Shown here one piece after another: positions 20,225 through 31,100 of a DNA stretch of 64,000 bases (positions are counted from its first letter, which is position 1; each line of letters opens with the position of its first letter). Below the pieces are notes generated by a model. It did no database searches and was not told the DNA's origin. It was given only the letters and a program-made list of their open reading frames with translations. The DNA comes from an uncultured Bacillota bacterium (GTDB lineage: Bacteria; Sysuimicrobiota; Sysuimicrobiia; Sysuimicrobiales; Segetimicrobiaceae). Both the position numbers and the translations under genes were made by a program. The stretch is taken from contig CAWDRG010000009.1 of the NCBI GenBank assembly GCA_963804645.1, forward strand, positions 1,120,001 to 1,184,000, given 5' to 3'.

Positions 20225-21084
20225 CGCCGACGGGAACGGCCGTGATGCCGGCGTCGGGCCGCGCGCGGGGGCGCCGCCGGGTCCGCGCGGGCTCGGCCCT
20301 CGGGACGGCGTTCAACGCCGGCGTGATCGTGTTTCTCCTGGCGCCGATCGTCATCATGATGATCGAGTCGTTCAACTCGGGCGGCTACCTGCTCTTCCCG
20401 CCGCAGGGGGTCTCGCTGCGGTGGTATCAGGCGTTCTTCGACAACGCCGATTTCGTCGAGTCGCTGCGCATCAGCCTCGCGCTCGCGTTCGTGGCCACGC
20501 TCGTGGCCACGACCATCGGGGTGATGGCCGCCCTCGCGCTTGCCGCGGGCCGCTCGCGCGCGGCCGTGATCGTGAAGAGCGGATTGGTCGCTCCGGTGAC
20601 GGTCCCGGGGATCGTGACGGGAACCGGGATGCTGATCGCGTTCAGCCGGGTCAATCTGGAGGGGTCATTTCTCAGCCTCGCGATCGCGCACACCGTGTTG
20701 ATCCTGCCGTTTGTCGTGCTGATCGTCTCCGCGGGGCTGGAGGCGTTCGATCGGTCGATTGAGGAGGCGGCGCGCAGCCTGGGCGCCGGACAGCTTCGTG
20801 CGTTTCTCACGGTCACGCTGCCGCTGATCCGGGGCAGCCTGGTCGCCGCTGCGGTGTTGGCGTTTCTCACCTCGTTCGATGAGGTCGTCGTCTCCCTGTT
20901 TCTCGCCGGACCGCTCACCACCACGCTGCCGGTCCGGATCTTCCACTACGTCGAGGGATCGAGCAGCCCCCTGATCGCCGCCGTCTCGACGCTGCTGGTG
21001 CTGCTGGCCGGCGCCGTGGTGCTGACGCTTGATCGGACGATCGGGTTCACCCGGTTTCTCTCGAGACGTCCGCAGGATAGTTAG
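20221..21084 (+). CDS. ABC permease, PotC type
   Basis: SLRWY, EEAARSLGA, SFDEVVVSLFL, TLPV; ATGA overlap. Confidence 0.92.
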   Translation: MTPTGTAVMPASGRARGRRRVRAGSALGTAFNAGVIVFLLAPIVIMMIESFNSGGYLLFPPQGVSLRWYQAFFDNADFVESLRISLALAFVATLVATTIGVMAALALAAGRSRAAVIVKSGLVAPVTVPGIVTGTGMLIAFSRVNLEGSFLSLAIAHTVLILPFVVLIVSAGLEAFDRSIEEAARSLGAGQLRAFLTVTLPLIRGSLVAAAVLAFLTSFDEVVVSLFLAGPLTTTLPVRIFHYVEGSSSPLIAAVSTLLVLLAGAVVLTLDRTIGFTRFLSRRPQDS

Positions 21085-21106
21085 CGCACGGCGAGGAGGC
21101 AGAACG

Positions 21107-22183
21107 ATGCGCACGATGCTCCGCAGTCACGTGGTCGGTGTTGCCGTGGCGGGCCTGCTCGTGATCCTGATCGGCGGGGCGGGATGGGGGGCGCCGGCTC
21201 CGGAGAACTTCGGCGGCGAGCAACTCGTCGTCACGATCCCGGGAGGCAAGCAGGAGGACGATTTCACGCGGCTCGCGTTCCAGCCCTTCGAGAAGCTGTA
21301 CAACGCGAAGATCTCCATCGTGGAAGGGTCGACGTTCGACATCCTGGCGAAACTGCGCGCGCAGCGCGCGAATCCGCAGATCGACGTGTGGACGATGGCC
21401 GAGCCCGGCCCGATCATCGCCCGCGACGAAAAGCTCGTGGAGCCGATGACGGTGGCCGACGTGCCGAACCTCGCCAAGCTGATTCCGGCGGCGCAGTGGA
21501 ACCGCCTGCCGGACGGCAGTTACCCGTTTGTCGACGTTGAGCTGACCGCGATCGCCGTCGGGTACAATCCAAACTTCGCGCACACGGTGCCCACGAACTG
21601 GAACCAGCTTGCCGACCCGATGTACAAGGGGCATCTCCTGATGCCGAACATGAACGTCGCGGCGGGGGTCGTGCTGCTGGTCGTGCTGGCGCGCGTCAAT
21701 GGCGGCAGCGAACGCAACATCGACCCGGGATTCGCGGCGGCGGCGAAGGTGCGGCAGAATGCGATTACTCTCTGGTCGTCCCACGACCAGGTCGCGACGA
21801 TGCTCACGCAGGGGACGGCGTGGCTGACCGTGGAATCGGTGGACCGGTTGGGTCCCTTGAACCGGAGCGGCGCCCCCATCAACATCGATTACCCGCAAGA
21901 TGGGGTCGTGGCGATCGGAAACTCGATGGGTATCTCGGCGGGCACGCGCCACAAGAAGCTGGCGGAGCGCCTCCTCAACTACCTGCTCGCCCCCGAGCAG
22001 CAGAGTGCGCTCAGCGCCGCCGGCATCTTCTTTCCCCCGGTCGCGGGCGTGCGGATGTCGCCGCAGGTGTCGTACTACTTTCCGCCGTACGTGATGAAGA
22101 AGGCGATCGCGCTCGATTGGGAGCAGATCGCGCAGCACGCGGACGTGTGGCAGGAGCGGTGGAACAAGGAGATCGTGAAGTAA
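21107..22183 (+). CDS. ABC substrate-binding protein, PotD/PotF-like (copy 1)
   Basis: Signal peptide, PFEKLYNA, NPQIDV, WNQLADP.YKG, ERWNKEI; GAGGAGG RBS. Confidence 0.9.
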   Translation: MRTMLRSHVVGVAVAGLLVILIGGAGWGAPAPENFGGEQLVVTIPGGKQEDDFTRLAFQPFEKLYNAKISIVEGSTFDILAKLRAQRANPQIDVWTMAEPGPIIARDEKLVEPMTVADVPNLAKLIPAAQWNRLPDGSYPFVDVELTAIAVGYNPNFAHTVPTNWNQLADPMYKGHLLMPNMNVAAGVVLLVVLARVNGGSERNIDPGFAAAAKVRQNAITLWSSHDQVATMLTQGTAWLTVESVDRLGPLNRSGAPINIDYPQDGVVAIGNSMGISAGTRHKKLAERLLNYLLAPEQQSALSAAGIFFPPVAGVRMSPQVSYYFPPYVMKKAIALDWEQIAQHADVWQERWNKEIVK

Positions 22184-22256
22184 CTCTGCGGGCCCGATCG
22201 GCCGTCCGGGCGCGGGACGCGCGGAGACCAATCCGAGTACGATAAGGGGGGAAACG

Positions 22257-23333
22257 ATGCGCCGGGTCCTTCGCAGCCACGTGATCGGCCTCACGCTCGC
22301 GGGCCTGCTCGTGATCTTGATCGGTGGAGCGGGCTGGGGGGCGGCGGCTCCGCAGAATTTTGGCGGCGAGCAGCTGGTGATCACCATCCCCGGCGGGGAG
22401 CAGGAGGAGGACCTCACCAAGTACGTCGTGCAGCCGTTCGAGAAGCTGTACAATGCCAGGATCTCCATCGTGGAAGGCTCGACGTTCGACATCCTGGCGA
22501 AGCTGCGCGCGCAGCGCGCGAATCCGCAGATCGACGTGTGGACGATGGGGGAGCCGGGCCCCGTCATCGCCCGCGACGAGAAACTCGTGGAGCCGATGAC
22601 GGTGGCCGACATGTCGAGCCTCGGCACGCTGATCCCGGCGGCGCAGTGGAACCGCCTCCCCGACGGCAGCTACCCGTTTGTCGACTTCGAGCTGACCGCG
22701 ATCGCCGTCGGGTACAATCCGAAGTTCGCCCACCAGGTGCCCACGAGCTGGAACCAGCTGGCCGACCCCATGTATAAGGGGCATCTGCTGATGCCGAACA
22801 TGAACGTCTCGGCCGGCGTGGTCCTGCTGGTCGCGCTGGCCCGCGCGAACGGAGGCAGCGAGCGCAACATCGATCCCGGCTTCGCCGCGGCGGCCAAGGT
22901 GCGCCAGAACGCGATCACGCTCTGGACCTCCCACGACCAGGTCGCGACGATGCTCTCCCAGGGGACGGCGTGGGTCGCGGTGGAGTCCGTGGACCGGCTG
23001 GGTCCCCTGAACAGGAGCGGCGCTCCGATCGACATCGACTATCCGGAAGACGGCGTCGTGGCGGTCGGGAACTCCATGGGGATCTCGGCGGGGACCCGCC
23101 ACAAGAAGCTGGCGGAGGCGTTCCTCAACTTCTTGCTCGCCCCCGAGCAGGAGGGACCGCTCAGCAATGCCGGGGTCTTCTTCCCGCCCGTCCAAGGCGT
23201 GCACATCTCTCCGCAGCAGTCGCTCTACTACCCGCCGTACGTGATGAAGAAGGCGATCGCGCTCGACTGGGAGCAGATTGCCCGGCAGTCGGATGCGTGG
23301 CAGGAGCGCTGGAACAAGGAGATCGTGAAGTAA
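22257..23333 (+). CDS. ABC substrate-binding protein, PotD/PotF-like (copy 2, tandem paralogue)
   Basis: Colinear and highly similar to copy 1 over the full length. Confidence 0.9.
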   Translation: MRRVLRSHVIGLTLAGLLVILIGGAGWGAAAPQNFGGEQLVITIPGGEQEEDLTKYVVQPFEKLYNARISIVEGSTFDILAKLRAQRANPQIDVWTMGEPGPVIARDEKLVEPMTVADMSSLGTLIPAAQWNRLPDGSYPFVDFELTAIAVGYNPKFAHQVPTSWNQLADPMYKGHLLMPNMNVSAGVVLLVALARANGGSERNIDPGFAAAAKVRQNAITLWTSHDQVATMLSQGTAWVAVESVDRLGPLNRSGAPIDIDYPEDGVVAVGNSMGISAGTRHKKLAEAFLNFLLAPEQEGPLSNAGVFFPPVQGVHISPQQSLYYPPYVMKKAIALDWEQIARQSDAWQERWNKEIVK

Positions 23334-23377
23334 GGACGCAAGCCCGGCCCAATTTCGCTGACGCCAAGGAGCTGTCG

Positions 23378-25306
23378 ATGTTCGAGGCCCTGTTCAGCCC
23401 GCTGCAGATCGGCCCCGTCACGGTCCGCAACCGTGTGATGCACCTGGCGACGCGCACGCTGCTCCACGACCGCAACCAGGTCAGCGACCGGCTGATCGCG
23501 TTTTTCGAGGAGCGGGTGCGCGGCGGCGTCGGGTCGATCGTGCTGAGCCAGCCCCGGCCGGCCGCGCGCCACGCGGAGCCCGTGGCGTACGGGCGCGACA
23601 CCATTCCGGGGCTGCGCCTGCTGGCCCACGCGATGCACCGCAGCGGGGTGCCCATCTTCGGACAGCTGAACGACAGCGGGCGCCAGCACCGCACCGATGC
23701 GATCCCGTTCCTCCAGGGGCCGTCGCCAGTCCCGTGTCCGTTCAGCGGCGGCACGCCTCACGAGATGACGGTGGACGAGATCCGGGCGGTGACGGCGGGG
23801 ATGGTCGTGTCGTCGCGGCACCTGCAGGAGGCCGGGATCGACGGCGTCGAGATCCACGGCGCGCAGGGGCATCTGCTGCAGCAGTTCCTGTCGCCCGTCA
23901 GCAATCACCGCACCGACGCGTACGGCGGGTCGCTCGCGAACCGGCTGCGGTTCCACCTCGAGACGCTCGGCGGGATTCGACAGGCCTGCGGACCGGAGTT
24001 CGTCATCGGCCTCCGGCTGGGCGTCGAGGAGTTCACGGAGGGCGGGCTGACCTTTGCTGAAGCCCGGCTCGCGGCGTCGACGATCGCGGCCACGGGACTG
24101 ATCGATTACCTGTCGATCAGCCAAGCCAATTTCAACAGCATCGCCAAGTTCACCCCGGACCGCCGGGATCCGCCGATGCCGCATGTCCAGTTTCCGGCGG
24201 GGATTCGCGCGGACCATCCGGGCGTGCCGGTGGTGGCCTGCGGGCGCATCTTGGAGCCGGCGCAGGCGGAGCAAATCCTTCAGAACGGCCAGGCGGACCT
24301 GATCGGCCTGTGCCGGCCCCTCTTGGCCGATGCCGACTGGGCGCGGAAGGCCTTCGAGGGCCACGCGGCCGAGATCCGGCGGTGCATTGGATGCAACCAA
24401 TGTTGGAGCTGGACCGGGGCGGGCCGGCCGATCGCGTGCGTCGAGAATCCCGTCACGGGCCGAGAGCTGGAGTTGGGAGGCGATACGCTGCGGCCGGCCG
24501 AGACGCCGCGGCGCGTCGTCGTGGTCGGCGGAGGGCCGGGCGGGATGGAGGCGGCGCGGGTCGCCGCGATGCGAGGACACCGCGTGACGCTGTTCGAGCG
24601 TGAGACGCGCCTGGGCGGGGCGGTGGTGGACGCGGCCGTCGTGCCGAGCCAGGCCGATGTGGGCTGGCTCGCGGAGTTTCTCGGCGATGAGATGGGGCGG
24701 ACCGGGGTGGAGGTGCGTTTGGGCGTGGAGGCCAGCGTGGACGAGGTGCGGGCCGAGCGTCCGGACGCGGTCATCGTCGCATGCGGCGCCGCGGAGATCC
24801 GCGATGGATTGGGGGACACCGGGGCGGTGCCGGTGCACACCCCGGTGGAGATCCTCCGCCATACGGCGGCGGCCGGAGACCACGTGGTCGTGCTGGACGA
24901 AGACGGGTACTACGAGGGGTGCGCCATCGCCGAGTTCCTGGCCCAGCGCGGCGCGCGCGTGCACCTCGTGACACGGTTCTTCGAGGTGGGACGGGAGATC
25001 CCGACGACCTCGCTCACCACGACCTTGGGCGCGTTGGACCGCCTCGGCGTCGAGCTGGTGCCGACGGCCTGGCTGGCGCGCGTGGACGGCCGCGACGTCC
25101 GGCTCGCCCACTACTACAGCGGTCGCGAGTGGTCGCTGCGGGACGTGGACAGCCTCGTGCACGTCGGAGGACGCTCGGCGCGGAACGCGCTGTACCTTGC
25201 TCTCAGGGGCACGCTGCCAGAAGTGCGCTGCGTCGGTGACGCGTACATGCCGCGGCGGATCGCCGACGCGGTGCGGGAGGGGCATGCCGCCGGGCGGACC
25301 GTCTGA
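23378..25306 (+). CDS. NADH:flavin oxidoreductase (OYE barrel + 4Fe-4S + FAD domain; FadH/TMADH-like architecture)
   Basis: NRVM, NHRTDAYGGSLANRLRF, CIGCNQC...C, VVGGGPGG, CVGDAYMPR; AAGGAG RBS. Confidence 0.9.
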   Translation: MFEALFSPLQIGPVTVRNRVMHLATRTLLHDRNQVSDRLIAFFEERVRGGVGSIVLSQPRPAARHAEPVAYGRDTIPGLRLLAHAMHRSGVPIFGQLNDSGRQHRTDAIPFLQGPSPVPCPFSGGTPHEMTVDEIRAVTAGMVVSSRHLQEAGIDGVEIHGAQGHLLQQFLSPVSNHRTDAYGGSLANRLRFHLETLGGIRQACGPEFVIGLRLGVEEFTEGGLTFAEARLAASTIAATGLIDYLSISQANFNSIAKFTPDRRDPPMPHVQFPAGIRADHPGVPVVACGRILEPAQAEQILQNGQADLIGLCRPLLADADWARKAFEGHAAEIRRCIGCNQCWSWTGAGRPIACVENPVTGRELELGGDTLRPAETPRRVVVVGGGPGGMEAARVAAMRGHRVTLFERETRLGGAVVDAAVVPSQADVGWLAEFLGDEMGRTGVEVRLGVEASVDEVRAERPDAVIVACGAAEIRDGLGDTGAVPVHTPVEILRHTAAAGDHVVVLDEDGYYEGCAIAEFLAQRGARVHLVTRFFEVGREIPTTSLTTTLGALDRLGVELVPTAWLARVDGRDVRLAHYYSGREWSLRDVDSLVHVGGRSARNALYLALRGTLPEVRCVGDAYMPRRIADAVREGHAAGRTV

Positions 25307-25354
25307 GGCGCGCGGCGGCGCGGCGGGAAGACGCGAGCGTCTGGAGCGGGAGCG

Positions 25355-26645
25355 TCAGCGGCGCAGCACGCCCTCGCAGATCTCGCGAAACTCATCCACC
25401 GTGATGTAGTGCCGGACGTAGGACGTCGACACCGCCGCCCGGGCGCGGTGCAGGATCGTCGCGAACCCGGCGTCGTCGACCTCCAATCCCCACTGCGCGA
25501 TCAGCCGGCGGAGAAAGACCGGCTCGCTCGTATGCGCGCTGCTGCGCTCCCGTCCGAACAGAATTTTTCCGCCGATCGCGAACTCGATGGAGCGCCCCAC
25601 GACCTCGGGGGCGATGCCGATCGTCGCCTCCGAAACCGACGCCGACGCCCCGCTGAGATGTCCGAGGCCTTCCTCTTTGTTCCAGCTGCTCCCGACGATC
25701 GACTTCCACGGCGAGAGCGCGACCCCGAACGCGTCCCGCACGAAGCAGCCGAGCTCGTACAGGGCCTCCAACCGGATGCCCGTGCGCACGCCGTACATCT
25801 CCAGCAGGGCGGCGACCTCTTCCAGGGCGGCCGTGCCTCCCCGGTCGCCGATCCCGAGCACCGTGACATCGAGCCACGTGGCGCCGCCCTCCGCCGAGGC
25901 GATGGCGTTGGCCGTGGCGACACCGAGGTCGTTGTGGTGCTGGACGCAGACGTCGCACGCGCCGACGGCCGCTTTGACCCGGCGGATGAACAGCCGGGAC
26001 GCGAGCGGCGTGCTGTTGCCTCGGCTGTCCACCGCGTAGACGCCGTCCGCGCCGGCGTCGGCCATCGCGCGGAAAAACTCGCACACGATGTCGACGCGGA
26101 CGCGCATCGAATCCTCGGCCCAGGGTACGACCCGCACCCGCTGCCGCTTCGCGTAGCGCACCGCTTCGCCTATCGCGTCGACGATCGCGTGGGGGCTCAG
26201 GGCGCCTGTGAAATCTGAGATGACGTCGTCGTACGAATAGCGGAAGATCGGGCAGATCGTCTCCGCGCCGAGATCGACCTTGCGCGCGATCGCGCCCTTC
26301 CAGTCGCCGGCGAGCGGGATGTCGATGCCCGGGCCCTTGGCCGCGAGCGGCGTCCGGCAGCCGAGCCGGCGGTACGCCCGCGCGAGGTCAGCTTCTTCAT
26401 CGGAGGTGGTATGGCTCGGCAGCGTGATCTCCGCCATGCCGACCGCGTCCAGCCGCCGCATTCAGCTCCAGGCGCGTGTTCCAGTTGAGCTGGTGCCCCA
26501 CGCAGTCATCGCCTTCGGTCAACGTGCTGTCGATCAAATGTACTTCGGGCGGCATGCCCGCGCGCTCGGCGAGCGCCTCGGACTCCCAGTACATGGGGTT
26601 GACGCGCCATTGACCGGGCCGGTGCCAGGGGACCGAACGAGCCAT
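25355..26645 (-). CDS. DRE-TIM/HMGL-like metallolyase (LeuA/homocitrate-synthase fold), apparent frameshift near 26462
   Basis: VHLIDSTLTEGDD, EDS.R, DSRG, HHNDLGVATAN, GIGDRGG; AAGGAGG RBS. Confidence 0.8.
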
Positions 26646-26725
26646 CATACCCTCCTTGGGATCACGCATGGGAGCGCACCCGGCGGCCGGGCGCGTCCGT
26701 CACGATGCCCGCCGACGGGGTCGAT

Positions 26726-27868
26726 CTACGGGGTCCACGTCTTCAGCGAGGCGTCGGCGTCCTCGGCGAACGACGTATTGACGAAGTCGTCGAACTTCAC
26801 CGTCGGCGCCGCTCCCAGGACGGCCTGCAGGAATTGGTAGGTCACGTCGACGCTGTGACGGGTGATCAGGGGATCCTTGGCCATCGCCGGGTAGTTGTTG
26901 GTCCAGGCCGCGTTCCAGATGTCCGTCGGCGTGTCGCCGCCACGGAGGCCGCGGAACACCGCGTTCGCCTGGTCGCTCTGCGCGGTGAGGAACTTGCCGC
27001 CCTTGGTGAGGCCGCGGACGAACGCGCGCACGACACCCGGGTGCGCCGCCAGATAGGCCTTCGTGGTCACGAACGAGCCGAACAGCATTCCGCGCAGCTG
27101 CGGGATGTCGCCGCGGGTCTGCGCGACCAGGATGAACCCGTTGTCCTGGATGGCCGCCGCCTCCGGCTCAGGCGACGAACGGACAAATCCGTCGATCCGG
27201 CGCTCCTTGAACGCCACGCGCATCGCCCCGACGCCCCCGATCGTGATCAGCGACATGTCGTGGTCGGGATCCACGCCGCCCAGCTTGGCCACGTACCGCG
27301 TGAACTGGTCGGTGGCGGTGCCGGGGGCCGAAATGGCGATGCGGAGCCCCTTCAGCGCCTTGAGGCGCTGGGGAAACGGCGTGGCGGCGGTCACCCCGGC
27401 CTTGTCCGCGGCTTCCTTGGAGATCACGAAGCCCACGGAGAACTCGGTCGTCGAGGCCGCGATGGCCACGAGCGGACTGCCCTGCTCCACCGCGTCGATC
27501 ACCTGCGTGAGCCCGGTATTCGCGAACTGGACGCTTCCGCCGATCAATGCGGCGACGGCATCGGTCCCGGCGCCGGAGTTCACCACGCTCACGTTGACAT
27601 TGAGTCCCTCCTGCTTGAAATATCCCTTGGCCGCGGCGATGTCGCCGGGCGCGTAGATCATTCCGATCCCCGCGTCGAGCAGCTCGACCGTGCCGAGATT
27701 CGGCGTGGCGGCGGCGGCGCCGAACGGTCCCGCGCCCCCACCGCCGATTGTGACGACGCCCAGCAGCAGCGCCGTGACCACCGCTGCGGCGCGGATGCGA
27801 GCGGGATGCCGACCCGCAGTCGACCTGGACGCGCGTGCCTCGTGGACCTCCGACCGCTGTCGTATCAT
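26726..27868 (-). CDS. ABC substrate-binding protein, NitT/TauT (SsuA-like)
   Basis: Signal peptide, KGYFKQEGLNV, ALIGGSVQF, LKGLRIAI..PG, VVRAFVRG; GGAGG RBS. Confidence 0.87.
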   Translation of the reverse strand: MIRQRSEVHEARASRSTAGRHPARIRAAAVVTALLLGVVTIGGGGAGPFGAAAATPNLGTVELLDAGIGMIYAPGDIAAAKGYFKQEGLNVNVSVVNSGAGTDAVAALIGGSVQFANTGLTQVIDAVEQGSPLVAIAASTTEFSVGFVISKEAADKAGVTAATPFPQRLKALKGLRIAISAPGTATDQFTRYVAKLGGVDPDHDMSLITIGGVGAMRVAFKERRIDGFVRSSPEPEAAAIQDNGFILVAQTRGDIPQLRGMLFGSFVTTKAYLAAHPGVVRAFVRGLTKGGKFLTAQSDQANAVFRGLRGGDTPTDIWNAAWTNNYPAMAKDPLITRHSVDVTYQFLQAVLGAAPTVKFDDFVNTSFAEDADASLKTWTP

Positions 27869-28185
27869 GATCGAACCTCCCTGAACTCGCGTGACGTCGG
27901 CGCGGCGCGGCGCGCCCCACGCCTCCCCACGGGTCCTGCCGAGCGTGGCGTCGGGTGCGATCATCGCGGCCGCCCGCTGGCGGCCTGCCCGCGCCGCGTC
28001 CCCGGGCGTCCGATTCCACGCCATTCCGCCCCGCCCCTTCGGACGGGGTCGCCGGGGCCGTTCCCGCGTGTCCCTGACCCCGCGTTGAGGCGGCCCCCTG
28101 GGACCGCTCGACGTGCGATGCGCGGCGCTCGTCCGGGGCCCGCTCAACGACGGGACGGAGCGCGTGCCGCGTCGAAGCTCCATAG

Positions 28186-31100
28186 ATGGTGTTCTCGCTC
28201 GTCGATGCCCTCGACATCCGATCTCTGCGCCGCATCGCGGATGATCTGTCGTTTCATCGCGGCCAGCAGTATAACGCGGATGGGCGGGTGCTGTCGCTCT
28301 CCGGAGACGCGTCGGCGATTCGTGCGACCGTGCGCGGCACGCGAGAGTACGACGTGTCGCTCGCCGTCGAGGGCGGCCACCTCGAGTACGCGTGCACATG
28401 CCCGCGGGCCGCCGACGGGTCGTTCTGCAAGCACTGCGTGGCGGCCGCGCTCGCGTGGTCGGCGCGGGCGCGGCGGACGCCTGACGGCACCGATGCCGCG
28501 CCGCGCCGCCTTCGCGCGGTGGCCCGGCCGTCCGCGGGCCCCTCGTGGAAGAGACGCCTCGCGTCGCTCGAGCAGGCGATGGGCGCGGACTCGCATGACC
28601 CGGCGGGCTGGCCCGCCGGGCGGGAGATTTTGTACGTGCTTGATCTGGCGCCGGCGCCCAGCGGGCTGGGGCTGATCCTGCACGTGCATACGCGGCGCAG
28701 AAAGGCGACCGGCGGATGGCAGGTGTTCACGAGCGTCCCGGCGGTCGGCGGCCAGATCGACGATCTGCCGGACCCCGCCGACCGGGAGATCTTCGGCCTG
28801 ATGGTCGGGACGGCGGACGCCTACGGCTACGCGTGGCACTATCAGTGGAGCCTGCGCCGCGCCCTGTCGACGCGCCACGTGATTCCGGCGCCGCTGCAGG
28901 GCACGCTGATTCCGCTCTTGTGCCGGACGGGCCGCCTGCAGCTGCGGCTGCCCTCGGGGCAGGAGAGTCCCGTCGAGTGGGACGGCGGGCCGCCGTGGGA
29001 CCTGCACCTCGAGGTCACCCGGGACGGCGCGGCCGGCGGCTATGCCGTGTCTGCATCGCTCCGCCGCGGGGACGAGCAGTTGGCGCTGTCCTCGCTTGCG
29101 CTGATGCTGCCCGCCGGGTTTGTGGTCAGCGGCGGGCGCTGCGCGCGGCTCGCGCACCCCGGGACGTTCGCGTGGATTGCCGAGCTGCGCCGGGGCGGTC
29201 CCATCACGGTGCCGGCGTCGGAGGCCGAGGAATGGCTCGCCGGGCTGCTGCGTCTTCCGTCGCTTCCGTCGCTGGCGCTCCCGCCGGAACTCCAGTACGA
29301 CGAGGTTGCGGTGAGCCCCGCACCGAGGCTCGCGGTCCGCATGGCGCCTCGGGAGCGTCAGGCGCAGGTGCTGTGGGGCACGCTGTCGTTTGACTACGAG
29401 GGCGAGGTGGTCGACGCACACGAGCCGGGCCGCGGGCGCTTCCAGCGCGACCAACGGCGCCTGATCGTGCGCGATGCCGCGGCCGAACAGCGCGCCGCGG
29501 CGCGGCTGATCGAGCTGGGATTCCGCCCGGCCGCCGCCGACCGCCACGGAGGGCCCGCGCTCGAGCTCGCGCCCAGGCTGCTCCCGCGTGCGACGCGGGA
29601 CCTGGTTCGGGAGGGATGGCGCGTCGAGGCCGAGGGCCGTTTGTATCGGTCTCCCGGCGCCGTCAGCGTGGAGGTGGCGACCCGCATCGACTGGTTCGAG
29701 CTCAAGGGTGCGGTCGCGTTCGGCGACGTGTCGGCGCCCCTGCCTGCGGTCCTCGCCGCGGCCCGCCGCGGCGACACGGTCGTGCCGCTGGGCGACGGCA
29801 CCTTCGGCGTCCTGCCCGAGGAATGGCTCGCGCGGTACGGGCTCCTCGCCGGGCTCGGGACGTCGGAGGGCGATGGGCTTCACTTCGCCCGCAGTCAGGC
29901 GGGGATCCTCGACGCGTTGCTGGGCTCGCAGCCCGGCGCGGTGTGGGACGAAGGGTTTGCGCGGGCGAGGGAGGCGCTGCACCGGTTTGGAGGCGTCACG
30001 CCCGCGGACCCGCCGGCCGGCTTCCGGGGCGTGCTGCGGGACTACCAGCGGGACGGACTCGGCTGGCACGCGTTCTTGCAGCAGTTCGGGTTCGGCGGCT
30101 GCCTCGCGGACGACATGGGGTTGGGCAAAACGGTGCAGGTGCTGGCGCTCCTGCTGGCGCGCCGGGGTGAAGGGGCCGGGCCGTCGCTCGTCGTTGTGCC
30201 GAAGTCGCTCGTGTTCAACTGGAAGCAGGAGGCCGCGCGGTTTGCGCCCGAGCTGCGCATCCTCGACCATACCGGCACCGCGCGAAGCACGCCCGGGGAC
30301 CACTACCGCGGGTACGACGTCGTCCTCACCACGTACGGGACGCTCCGTCGGGATGCCGCCGCGCTGTCGGGGTTCGTGTTCGACTACGTCATCCTCGACG
30401 AGGCGCAGGCGATCAAGAACGCGGCGACGGCGACCGCGAAGGCGGCGCGCCTCCTGCGGGGGGCCCACCGACTTGCGCTCAGCGGCACCCCGGTGGAGAA
30501 CCATCTCGGCGAGCTCTGGAGCCTCTTCGAATTTCTGAATCCCGGGATGCTCGGCGCGTCCTCGGCGTTCCGGCACAGCGGCGCGGAGCTGCGCAATCCG
30601 TCGGCGGAGACCCGCGCGCTCTTGGCCCAGGGGCTGCGCCCGTTCGTGCTGCGCCGCACGAAGGAACAGGTGGTCCGCGAGCTCCCGCCCAAGCTCGAGC
30701 AGACCCTGTACTGCGACCTGGACGCGCCTCAGCGCGCCGCCTACGACCAGATCCGCACTCACTACCGCCGCTCGCTCCTCGCCCGCGTCGAGCGCGAGGG
30801 GCTCGGACGCTCGAAGATCATGGTCCTCGAAGCCCTGCTCCGGCTCCGCCAGGCGGCCTGTCACATCGGGCTGATCGATCGGACGCGCGCCGGGGAGACG
30901 AGCGCCAAGCTCGACGTCCTGCTCGCGCGCCTCGCCGAGGTCATCGAGGGCGGCCACAAGGCGCTGGTGTTCTCGCAGTTCACGCGCTTCCTGGCGATCG
31001 TGCGCGAGCGGCTCGACCGCGACCGCGTGCCCTACGCGTACTTGGACGGCAGGACGCACGACCGCGCCGCGCGCGTGGCCGAGTTCGAGGGAGACCCGGC

